IMG/VR virus record: IMGVR_UViG_3300005731_000127
Coordinates: 1-64,000 of that record
DNA length: 64,000 bases
DNA from: a virus
Direction: 5' to 3' (one strand)
Shown here: in pieces, positions 30,261 through 37,939 of the stretch
How the letters are laid out: every line of letters starts with the position of its first letter
Position numbering within the stretch: position 1 is the stretch's first letter
Notes under the pieces: model-generated
Seen by the model: only the letters and a program-made list of their open reading frames with translations
What the model was told of the DNA's origin: nothing
Database searches by the model: none
Position numbers and translations under genes: made by a program

Positions 30261-31231
30261 ACATTTTAATAACTGGTGGAGCCGGATATATCGGCACGAA
30301 ATTAATATCACATATTAGTGATGTACATAATATTGTAGTATTTGATAACTTGTACTATGATCAAGACAATATACAATATAAAAATAACTCAATTGCAAGT
30401 ATTAGTAAATTATTTTCTAGAAAGCGAGTTAAGTTTTATCAGGAGGACGTTACTGAATGGTCTGATAATCTAATAAAAGAAGTTATAAGAGCAGATGTAA
30501 TTATTCCTTTAGCCGCTTTAGTTGGTGCTCCACTTTGTGACAAGAACAAAGAACAAGCTTTAGTCTTGAATCAGATTTTTATAGAAGAACTAACTGGCTC
30601 CGTTAGAGATGATCAATTGATCATTTACCCAAATACTAATTCCGGATATGGCTCAGTAGAAGGTATTTGCACAGAAGAGACTCCGACTAAACCATTATCT
30701 CTTTATGGGGAAACTAAACAACGTGCGGAAGAGTATCTATTAGCAAATCACAAAAATTCTATCGTGTTTAGATTAGCGACCGTTTTTGGAATATCTCATA
30801 GAACCAGAGTTGATTTGCTTGTGAATGATATGGTCCACCGATCTATGAATGGTCCGGTTGAATTATTTGATGGTCATTATAGACGTAATTATGTTTACGT
30901 ATCAGATGTCGCTAGAGCGTTTTTGTTTGCTATTGATAATAAAGATAAGATGGTCGGGCAGGTGTTTAATTTAGGTGCGGACAATCTTAATATGACAAAG
31001 AAAGAATTGGTCTCAACTATTTGTGATGTTACTAATGGAAGCTTTACGGAGGTTAGCGACAGAACAGACCCCGATAAAAGAGATTATATGGTCAGTAGTA
31101 AAAAGCTTTATGATATTGGTTTTTATCCTTTGTGCAATAATGAATTAATATTTCCACAACTTATAGCACAGCTTGAATATTTTTATGAGGAAGTTTGTCC
31201 GGATGATAAGACTCAATTGAGGAATTACTAA
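30257..31231 (+). CDS. NAD-dependent epimerase/dehydratase
   Basis: TGGAGYIG, YGETK, FRLATVFG. Confidence 0.92.
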   Translation: MNILITGGAGYIGTKLISHISDVHNIVVFDNLYYDQDNIQYKNNSIASISKLFSRKRVKFYQEDVTEWSDNLIKEVIRADVIIPLAALVGAPLCDKNKEQALVLNQIFIEELTGSVRDDQLIIYPNTNSGYGSVEGICTEETPTKPLSLYGETKQRAEEYLLANHKNSIVFRLATVFGISHRTRVDLLVNDMVHRSMNGPVELFDGHYRRNYVYVSDVARAFLFAIDNKDKMVGQVFNLGADNLNMTKKELVSTICDVTNGSFTEVSDRTDPDKRDYMVSSKKLYDIGFYPLCNNELIFPQLIAQLEYFYEEVCPDDKTQLRNY

Positions 31232-32214
31232 TGATTTTTTCAAAAACTCCATTTAGGATTTCTTTGTTTGGTGGTGGAACTGATTACAAGGAGTATTATT
31301 CTAAGTATGAATCTACTCTGATTGGTTTTACTATTAATAAGTACGCTTATTTAGGGGTAAGGGAAACTCCAAGTATGTTTAATTATCATACTAAGGTCAC
31401 ATACTCAAAAACAGAACAGGTTGATGACAATAGTAAAATTCAACATAATGGAGTAAGGGGGGTTCTTGATCATTATAATATTAAGGACGCTATGGAGATA
31501 AGCCATTTCAGTGATCTTCCAGCACAAACAGGGATTGGCTCATCTTCTTCTTTTATTGTAGGTTTAATCAATAGTATTTGTGCTATGAGTGATAAAAAAA
31601 TAAGTAAAGAATATCTAGCGTTAACAGCTATTAATATAGAAAGAGAACTGCTAAACGAAGCTGGTGGAATTCAAGATCAAATTTGGGCGGCTTATGGCGG
31701 ATTCAATGCTATACAGATTTATAATAGCGGTCGATTTGAAGTCATTCCTTTGCTTACTCACGAGAGGCGTAAGAAGTTTTTGTCTCGCATGTTTATGATC
31801 TACACTGGTAAGACAAGACAATCCTACGAGATATCAAAAACATATAAAAAAGAAAGCAACGAAAATTACCTTAACGAGATTCAGGGGATAGCGGAAGAGG
31901 CTTACCATTGGATTAATAAAATAAAAGATATTGATAAGATAATAGATCGTTTGGCGTTATTGTTAAAGCTCTCATGGGAAGAAAAAATGAAACTTTCTCC
32001 TCTTATCTGTTCTGATCATGTTGGTAATCTAATGAACGAGTTATATTCAGACGGAATGATTGGCGGTAAGTTGATAGGTGCTGGCGGATCGGGCTTTATA
32101 GTCGGAATAACAAATACTAATTTACAAAAACAATTAATAGAACAAAAATTCAAAAAACAATACATACCAATTGATTTTTCATTTGGTGGATCGGAGATTA
32201 TACATGTCAGTTAA
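31231..32214 (+). CDS. hddA: GHMP kinase, heptose-7-phosphate kinase-like
   Basis: PFRISLFGGGTD, GIGSSSSF, GIQDQ, GAGGSGF. Confidence 0.85.
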   Translation: MIFSKTPFRISLFGGGTDYKEYYSKYESTLIGFTINKYAYLGVRETPSMFNYHTKVTYSKTEQVDDNSKIQHNGVRGVLDHYNIKDAMEISHFSDLPAQTGIGSSSSFIVGLINSICAMSDKKISKEYLALTAINIERELLNEAGGIQDQIWAAYGGFNAIQIYNSGRFEVIPLLTHERRKKFLSRMFMIYTGKTRQSYEISKTYKKESNENYLNEIQGIAEEAYHWINKIKDIDKIIDRLALLLKLSWEEKMKLSPLICSDHVGNLMNELYSDGMIGGKLIGAGGSGFIVGITNTNLQKQLIEQKFKKQYIPIDFSFGGSEIIHVS

Positions 32215-32560
32215 AAGAAAAACTATTTTTATGGATATTGATGGCACTATAGCTAAACATCAGGAGACACTTTCTTCGATGCTTGATAATCCTATTGAGC
32301 TTAATGATGGTGTTCTCGATAAGATTATAGAATGGAGATCAAAGGATTACTACCTCGTCATCACTACGGCACGTCCAGAAGGCACGAGATCGACCACGGT
32401 GCGTCAATTGGCTGAAGCTGGTATATTCTATGATCAGTTGGTTATGGGGCTTCCTACGGGCAAGAGGATAATCCTTAACGACAAAAAGCCAAACGGTAGT
32501 TTAACCGCTGGCTCAGTGAATTTAGAAAGAAACGAAGGATTTTCATCTCTTAAGTTTTAA
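32204..32560 (+). CDS. HAD-family phosphatase
   Basis: MDIDGT, TTAR, YDQLVMG. Confidence 0.8.
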   Translation: MSVKRKTIFMDIDGTIAKHQETLSSMLDNPIELNDGVLDKIIEWRSKDYYLVITTARPEGTRSTTVRQLAEAGIFYDQLVMGLPTGKRIILNDKKPNGSLTAGSVNLERNEGFSSLKF

Positions 32561-32657
32561 TTTAATCCAGTCTATAAGTAGACACGAATAGAATACTATT
32601 GCCGAGAATAATATGAATGGGGAAAACAGAATAAGAATTGCGGCAGTTTGAATTTTT

Positions 32658-33008
32658 TCAAGCATTGATTGTTCTTTCTAAGATTTTTGCGATTACCCAT
32701 TTAACGATAGAGCTAACAATCCAACTAAGAACCCACCCTTGTATAAAACCAACTGGTTCGCCATCGTTGAATTTGGTTTCGTCGATGTTGTTGTAGATAT
32801 AGTCGTTGAGTCGGCGTTTTAGCTCTTTTCTTTTATTTGTTCTTTTGCTCCTAGAATATGCTTTGATTACCTCTGGATGCAGGTGATTGATGCACTCAAC
32901 ACCCTTAGATAGAGTTTCCTCTAAGATAATCCTCTTTAGATTTGATTGTGATCCGCTAACTACGTTTTCGATTTTGGATTCCGCTAGTATTTCGTCATAT
33001 AAATTCAT
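32658..33008 (-). CDS. hypothetical protein
   Basis: C-terminal amphipathic helix. Confidence 0.55.
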   Translation of the reverse strand: MNLYDEILAESKIENVVSGSQSNLKRIILEETLSKGVECINHLHPEVIKAYSRSKRTNKRKELKRRLNDYIYNNIDETKFNDGEPVGFIQGWVLSWIVSSIVKWVIAKILERTINA

Positions 33009-33438
33009 CTTGATCTACCTCTATGAGTTGAATGTGTGCTTCTTTTAGTAATTTTCGTGATTTTTCAAATGACTCATCCCATTTTCCACCAGTATATTTT
33101 GGTGAAATGATTTTTGTAATTCCGGTTTGAATAATTTTAGGGCAGCATTTATGGCATGGCATCATAGGGTAAGTGTATAGTGTGCAAAAGGTTAGGTCTT
33201 TTTTAGCCTCAAGTAACGCATTCTCTTCCGCATGAATAGTTAGTTCTAGCTTGACTTCTCTATCGAGAAGCCTTTCTGTACTATCCTCAATTCCTGCTGG
33301 AAAACCGTTATATCCAATAGAGACTAATCTCTTCTCGAACGGTTCCGCTATAACTGCACCAACTTGAGTTGATGGGTCTTTTGACCAAGTGCTGACTTCC
33401 TTAGCTAATCTTAGCCATCTCTTATCCCATTTATTCAT
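32995..33438 (-). CDS. dCMP deaminase
   Basis: SKDPSTQVGA, HAEENA, PCHKC. Confidence 0.93.
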   Translation of the reverse strand: MNKWDKRWLRLAKEVSTWSKDPSTQVGAVIAEPFEKRLVSIGYNGFPAGIEDSTERLLDREVKLELTIHAEENALLEAKKDLTFCTLYTYPMMPCHKCCPKIIQTGITKIISPKYTGGKWDESFEKSRKLLKEAHIQLIEVDQDEFI

Positions 33439-33881
33439 ATGTTTTCCAATAACTTGCTTGATGATTGTGTTTTTTTGCCACCTACGTTAAATACTTGTTT
33501 AATGCCGTACTTCTCGCAGACTTTGTTTTCTTTTGAGTTTTTGTTGTCCGGGTTTCTGTCTCCGCCGTTAGCAAATATAAAATTTAAAGTTTGGTACTTA
33601 TTAGAATAAATATCAAATACAAACTCTATAGTTGAATCGACGCCCACCCCTTTATCATACGCCACAATAGCCTCGTTTACACACCGTAATGCTTTTACGA
33701 TTCGCATTCTTTCAAATTCATCCATAAAAGCCTTTGATCCTTTAAGTTTTACTTGGTGGTCGCTATTAATAATTACCACAAGATAATCACCTAGAGACTT
33801 TGCTGCTTCTAGATAATCAACATGTCCAGAGTGGAGCGGGTTAAAATAGCCACTACACACCACTATTGTCTTGCTGTTCAT
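33435..33881 (-). CDS. cytidylyltransferase family (TagD/RfaE-like)
   Basis: SGYFNPLHSGH, ANGGDR, QSSS. Confidence 0.88.
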   Translation of the reverse strand: MNSKTIVVCSGYFNPLHSGHVDYLEAAKSLGDYLVVIINSDHQVKLKGSKAFMDEFERMRIVKALRCVNEAIVAYDKGVGVDSTIEFVFDIYSNKYQTLNFIFANGGDRNPDNKNSKENKVCEKYGIKQVFNVGGKKTQSSSKLLENI

Positions 33882-34080
33882 AATACTTGTCCATAAATCT
33901 ATCAAATGTATTTGCGTGTCGCAGTTCTTTCCTGATCATAATTAATAGTTCTTTTGGAAGACATATCATACCGTCTTCTTCGAATTTTGCAATAGAGATT
34001 TTCTTTTTCTTCTTGTCATTTTTTGCAAGAACCCCGCCTTTTTGCAAAGACAGGGTCCAGTTCTCAAATTTTACCTGCAT
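33853..34080 (-). CDS. hypothetical protein
   Basis: ORF in operon. Confidence 0.5.
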   Translation of the reverse strand: MQVKFENWTLSLQKGGVLAKNDKKKKKISIAKFEEDGMICLPKELLIMIRKELRHANTFDRFMDKYYEQQDNSGV

Positions 34081-34081
34081 A

Positions 34082-34426
34082 TCATTCTGATTCCTCTTCC
34101 TGCATAAGCTTGTTAATTGATTTCTCTACAGTAGAATATATTTTCCACATAATCAATAGTATAATACCAAGAGGCACAAAAAACCCCGACGCTAAACAAA
34201 AGATTAAGCAGGCGAATAGCATAACGACAAGCATAAGAAACACTTCAATTGGTAGAGTAGCCGTGCTTGAAGCGAAAATGAGAAAATTGTATTTATCTAA
34301 TATTTTAGTAATATTATTATCGTTTCTAGCATGATACACGTTAACAAAAGCGAATAACACATAAATAGGAGTCAAAATAATTAATGACAGTATAAAAGTA
34401 AACTCAATATATTGATTAATAGACAT
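34082..34426 (-). CDS. membrane protein
   Basis: Multiple hydrophobic segments. Confidence 0.55.
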   Translation of the reverse strand: MSINQYIEFTFILSLIILTPIYVLFAFVNVYHARNDNNITKILDKYNFLIFASSTATLPIEVFLMLVVMLFACLIFCLASGFFVPLGIILLIMWKIYSTVEKSINKLMQEEESE

Positions 34427-34913
34427 ACTCTTTCCATTCTTTAGGGGGGTTATGGATATTTAACAAAGAAATAGGCTCTCTTGGTTTACTCTGTAAATGT
34501 AAACCGCATTTAGCTAGGGACTTGTCTCCCTTCTTGGCGTTGCATGATCTACAGCAAGCTACCATGTTTTCCCATGTGTTTGCTTCTTTTTTGTTATCAA
34601 ACTTACTTACGGGCGTTATGTGGTCAATGGTAGCGTCCGCTCTAGTTAGTTCGGCGTTACAGTATTGACACGTATACTTATCTCTTGACAAGATAGTTTT
34701 CTTAGTAGGTTGTCTGTTCTTGTGGGGATTGATGAACTTCGGATAAACCATTACTGCTGGTAGAGCGAAGCTCTGAGTTTCCGACCAAATACTTTCTTCG
34801 TAATAAGACAGGACTCTCATTCCATTATCTTTAAAAGATAACAGCAAACCTCTTCTTACATTGATGACTGTTAAAGGCTGATACGCCACGTTTAAAATTA
34901 ATGTCCTTTTCAT
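34416..34913 (-). CDS. HNH endonuclease (McrA-like)
   Basis: RDKYTCQYC, TIDHITP, WENMVACCRSCN. Confidence 0.9.
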   Translation of the reverse strand: MKRTLILNVAYQPLTVINVRRGLLLSFKDNGMRVLSYYEESIWSETQSFALPAVMVYPKFINPHKNRQPTKKTILSRDKYTCQYCNAELTRADATIDHITPVSKFDNKKEANTWENMVACCRSCNAKKGDKSLAKCGLHLQSKPREPISLLNIHNPPKEWKEYVY

Positions 34914-35227
34914 GAGTATAGCTGGTACTTTCCTAGTTTGTCCCTAGTCGCTTGATCCAGTATAGGTTCTGTTGCTATGGATGTTAGTTGATGTCCGATG
35001 TCAGGTTCCCGGAATTCCGAAAATCCTATGTTTTCTTCTTTTAGGTGTTGTTGTATTCTAAGCAGCCTAGCTTCGCTCCTAGAGGCGATCAGTATAACAG
35101 ACGGGTGTTCAGTCAAATTATACTTCTGAGACATCTCAATGGCTGCGTGGCACGATTGTACCGCTATCTGTGGTGTTGTCAAGTCTTTTCGTGTAAAAAT
35201 ATACACATACGGGTGAGTCTAGAACAT
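34910..35227 (-). CDS. peptidyl-tRNA hydrolase II-like protein with in-frame TAG at codon 3
   Basis: YIFTRKDL..QIAVQSCHAA..FREPD..LTSIA; AAGGA SD then ATG TTC TAG ACT CAC CCG TAT GTG in frame. Confidence 0.7.
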
Positions 35228-35257
35228 TGCTTCTTTCCTTAATTTCATTAAACATAC

Positions 35258-35282
35258 GAAAAAAGCCACATTGCTGCGGCTT
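35258..35282 (-). terminator. intrinsic terminator downstream of the tRNA array
   Basis: AAGCCGCA-GCAA-TGTGGCTT followed by a T-run. Confidence 0.7.
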
Positions 35283-35312
35283 AAAAAATACTGGTGTGCT
35301 GTCCAGTTAAAG

Positions 35313-35387
35313 TTGAGACCGGAGCTATCGAGACTCCATACGTTCCGTGATCATCGGATGCTTTACCAATACTTAAGCTAGGTCTCA
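35313..35387 (-). tRNA. degenerate tRNA-Ile(GAU)-like
   Basis: 7-bp acceptor TGAGACC/GGTCTCA, D arm, 4-bp anticodon stem, loop ATGATCA, aberrant T loop. Confidence 0.55.
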
Positions 35388-35388
35388 T

Positions 35389-35583
35389 TGTGAACAGTAG
35401 GATTCGAACCTACATTGTCAGTCTCGCATTTACAGGTCAAACTCTTGACTCGTCGCAAATTTCCCGTCAAGGAAGGGTCTAAGGCGTCGTTTCGCAACCC
35501 GTGGGGGTCAAAATAACTGTGCTGAAGTACATAATATCTAACAATCATCAGCCGTGTGCGTCTGCCAGTTTCGCCATGTTCAC
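35389..35583 (-). ncRNA. tRNA-like RNA with ~120-nt structured insertion
   Basis: Perfect acceptor GTGAACA/TGTTCAC, Leu-type D arm, T arm GTAGG-TTCGAAT-CCTAC; 195 nt total. Confidence 0.7.
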
Positions 35584-35599
35584 ATAAAAAATACAAGTA

Positions 35600-35683
35600 G
35601 GTATACGACGGGAATTGAACCCGCATGTCCGAAGACCCCTGATTCACAGTCAGGTATGGCAAACCAATATCCATCTCGTATAC
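35600..35683 (-). tRNA. tRNA-His(GUG) with long variable arm
   Basis: CCTGA-CTGTGAA-TCAGG; G-1 pairing; V arm GTC-TTCG-GAC. Confidence 0.85.
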
Positions 35684-35685
35684 AG

Positions 35686-35753
35686 TGGAGAGTACGGGTA
35701 ATGCTCCCGTTAGTCAATATTGCAAGTATTAACACCAACCTTTTGGACTCCCC
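35686..35753 (-). tRNA. tRNA-Ala(UGC), compact
   Basis: Loop CTTGCAA; G3:U70; noncanonical T loop. Confidence 0.7.
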
Positions 35754-35757
35754 TCAT

Positions 35758-36036
35758 TCATGAGCTAATTAATGTTTTCCCACCATTTACATCGTCTGCA
35801 ATTACTGCACCGGGAACAAAAGTTAATGCTTCCGCTATATTATCTCCTTGCTGAGTAGTGACTTGAACTACACACCCCATAGGAGTTTCCATTGCCTTTG
35901 CTGATTTCATCCATCCTTGTGACTTTGAAGATGCTTTGCATAGTAACTGGAACATATCCCCGTTACCAACTACTTCAATATCGTTGATTTTTTCTTTAGC
36001 GTCTTGAACAGTTCTAACATCTAGTGTTTTTTTCAT
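35758..36036 (-). CDS. conserved-looking phage hypothetical protein
   Basis: GAGG SD; GWMKSAKAME..GCVVQVTTQQG. Confidence 0.7.
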   Translation of the reverse strand: MKKTLDVRTVQDAKEKINDIEVVGNGDMFQLLCKASSKSQGWMKSAKAMETPMGCVVQVTTQQGDNIAEALTFVPGAVIADDVNGGKTLISS

Positions 36037-36092
36037 TTTGTTTTTCCTCTTTTTTCATTATAGTTTATTATAAACAATTTCACCATAGCCCC

Positions 36093-36326
36093 CTATTTTC
36101 TTCCGTATTTTACTAATTTATTGATTTTATCTTCTACTTTAAAAATCAAAGATAATTCAGCTATAAATATAAAGCAAAGAATTAAATTTACAACTGGAAT
36201 AATTGCAAGAAAAACAACCCATAAAAAAGTATCAAAGTAAAAGTCAATCTTACCGTACCTCACCGTCAATAAGTATAAAAATAAACTCAATATTAACAAT
36301 GAGATCATAATGATCATCCAGTCCAT
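36093..36326 (-). CDS. small membrane protein
   Basis: GGAG SD; two TM segments. Confidence 0.55.
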   Translation of the reverse strand: MDWMIIMISLLILSLFLYLLTVRYGKIDFYFDTFLWVVFLAIIPVVNLILCFIFIAELSLIFKVEDKINKLVKYGRK

Positions 36327-36354
36327 ATTTTGCTCCTAGTGTTGCAGAATAAAG

Positions 36355-36429
36355 TCGGCGTAGAGGGACTCGAACCCCCGAACTCTTCCTTGTAAGGGAA
36401 GCACCATAGCCGCTAGGTATTATACGCCG
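36355..36429 (-). tRNA. tRNA-Val(UAC)
   Basis: CTTCC-CTTACAA-GGAAG; T loop TTCGAGT. Confidence 0.85.
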
Positions 36430-36710
36430 TTAATTTCATCCCATACTCTGTCAAGATTCTCAACTAAATTTTGAATAATTACAGAATGCAGATGAGGATT
36501 TTTACGAATTCTAGAACGTAACTCTTTGTAGTCCTCCTTATTACCATCAAAGTTTCTAATTTCTTCGGAAAATCGACCGTCTAGTATTCGTATTCCACCC
36601 GGAGTATAGAAGGCTTGTACAAAGCCGTTGTTGTCTCTTTGTTGGTCTACATAAATATTATCAATTCCTCCAAAATCATCAATAGTGAATGGTAATGTGT
36701 TTTGAGTCAT
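36420..36710 (-). CDS. hypothetical protein
   Basis: ORF; its 3' end overlaps tRNA-Val. Confidence 0.55.
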   Translation of the reverse strand: MTQNTLPFTIDDFGGIDNIYVDQQRDNNGFVQAFYTPGGIRILDGRFSEEIRNFDGNKEDYKELRSRIRKNPHLHSVIIQNLVENLDRVWDEINGV

Positions 36711-36749
36711 TGAATTTTCTTTTTGAAAAATTTAAAGAATTACCTTAAG

Positions 36750-36824
36750 TGCGGGATAACGGATTTGGACCGTTGTTTCTTGGATGGAAACCAAGCGTCG
36801 TAGACCGGACTAGACCAATCCCGC
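36750..36824 (-). tRNA. tRNA-Gly(UCC)
   Basis: CTTGG-TTTCCAT-CCAAG; GCGGGAT acceptor. Confidence 0.85.
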
Positions 36825-36836
36825 TAAAAACTCCGA

Positions 36837-37298
36837 TTACCCACAATACGACATTTTGATTGTTTCGAAGTGTGAAGACCAAGACCATTCATCTTCGATA
36901 TAACAAACAAATTCTGGTTGAGTTAGTTCTATCTCTTTACGAGTATCCCATTCAATAATATTAATAATTGAATCATATTCTTTTGAATAATTTTTTGGAA
37001 CAGGGTTTCGGAATTCAATTGCACTAACTAAGTTAACATATTCTGGAAACTTTTCAAGTTCTTTATCAGAGCTTTCAGAAATTTTACTTTCCATTTTCTT
37101 ATAGTTTTTGGCTAGTGTTTCTTCTGCTGTGATTTTTGCTTTTTCTAAATTAGACATCAATGTTGAACGATATCCTTTTACAGCTTCTTTGTATTCACCG
37201 ATATGGTTTTCTTTGTTGTAACGCAGTTTTTCTAAAAGCTTATCTTTTTCAACAATGACTGTACGATTTTCCATGTGTGCTTGTGCAATTCTCGCCAT
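36837..37298 (-). CDS. hypothetical protein
   Basis: AGGAG SD; 153 aa. Confidence 0.7.
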   Translation of the reverse strand: MARIAQAHMENRTVIVEKDKLLEKLRYNKENHIGEYKEAVKGYRSTLMSNLEKAKITAEETLAKNYKKMESKISESSDKELEKFPEYVNLVSAIEFRNPVPKNYSKEYDSIINIIEWDTRKEIELTQPEFVCYIEDEWSWSSHFETIKMSYCG

Positions 37299-37329
37299 AA
37301 TATTCTCCTTTTAAAATCCTAAATTAAAA

Positions 37330-37400
37330 ATACCCATAAAAGATTTGCACTTTTTCTTCAAAAACCAAAATTTTGCGTGCTGCTGTTACACTAATGGGTA
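37330..37400 (-). tRNA. tRNA-Gln(UUG), AT-rich/degenerate
   Basis: CAAAA-TTTTGGT-TTTTG; TACCCAT/ATGGGTA. Confidence 0.6.
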
Positions 37401-37470
37401 AGACTACGGAGAGAATCGAACTCTCAGAAACTGATTTTGCAGATCAATCTTCCGTCCACGAATCATAGTC
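37401..37470 (-). tRNA. tRNA-Cys(GCA)
   Basis: TTGAT-CTGCAAA-ATCAG; U73. Confidence 0.8.
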
Positions 37471-37475
37471 ATAAA

Positions 37476-37546
37476 TGCAGTATAGGAGAATCGAACTCCT
37501 GTTTCTTGCTTGGCAAGCAAATGTAATACCATTATACCAATACTGC
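37476..37546 (-). tRNA. tRNA-Gly(GCC)
   Basis: TTTGC-TTGCCAA-GCAAG. Confidence 0.88.
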
Positions 37547-37552
37547 TAAAAC

Positions 37553-37682
37553 TAGCCACTTTTTTTTGCGTTGCTATGCTACCGTTACATCACACCCCCG
37601 TAGTTTTTAATGGGGGCGGAAGGATTCGAACCTCCACAAGTTCTTTTACAGAGAATTGCTAATAATTTGCTGTAAGTGGCTA
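37553..37682 (-). ncRNA. Y-RNA-like (YrlA-type) RNA 1 with permuted tRNA domain
   Basis: Terminal stem TAGCCACTT/AAGTGGCTA, ACAGCAAAT, GUA loop, T arm, loop-closed acceptor CGCCCCC/GGGGGTG, then D arm. Confidence 0.75.
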
Positions 37683-37684
37683 TA

Positions 37685-37760
37685 TGTGATTGGTAGGGCT
37701 TGATCCTACATTACGAGAGGCTCTATAACCAATATTGCGTTTTCATTAAACTACAATCAC
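37685..37760 (-). tRNA. tRNA-like, anticodon undetermined
   Basis: Acceptor GTGATTG/CAATCAC, D and T stems intact, anticodon arm irregular. Confidence 0.5.
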
Positions 37761-37764
37761 AAAA

Positions 37765-37838
37765 TGCCGCTGGTGGGAATCGAACCGCACACATCTCCCA
37801 GTAAAACGTGGGAGGCTCTACCGTTGAGCTACAGCGAC
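37765..37838 (-). tRNA. tRNA-Lys(UUU)-like with 8-nt anticodon loop
   Basis: TCCCA-CGTTTTAC-TGGGA; bulged T stem. Confidence 0.6.
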
Positions 37839-37939
37839 TTGTGATAGTCTCTCCTATCAGTCACGTCCTATCACTTTTGGGTTGCATACCCCGCTATCCC
37901 TGCCGGGAAACATGACTTCGACGTTCAAGGGTCCGTTTC

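Noticed and set aside
35389-35583. Group I intron in a tRNA
   Set aside because: The insert is only ~120 nt and I could not identify P7 core motifs; kept as an unexplained insert.
35378-35763. ORF-track ORFs 35378-35674 and 35554-35763
   Set aside because: They overlap tRNA genes and are shadow frames.
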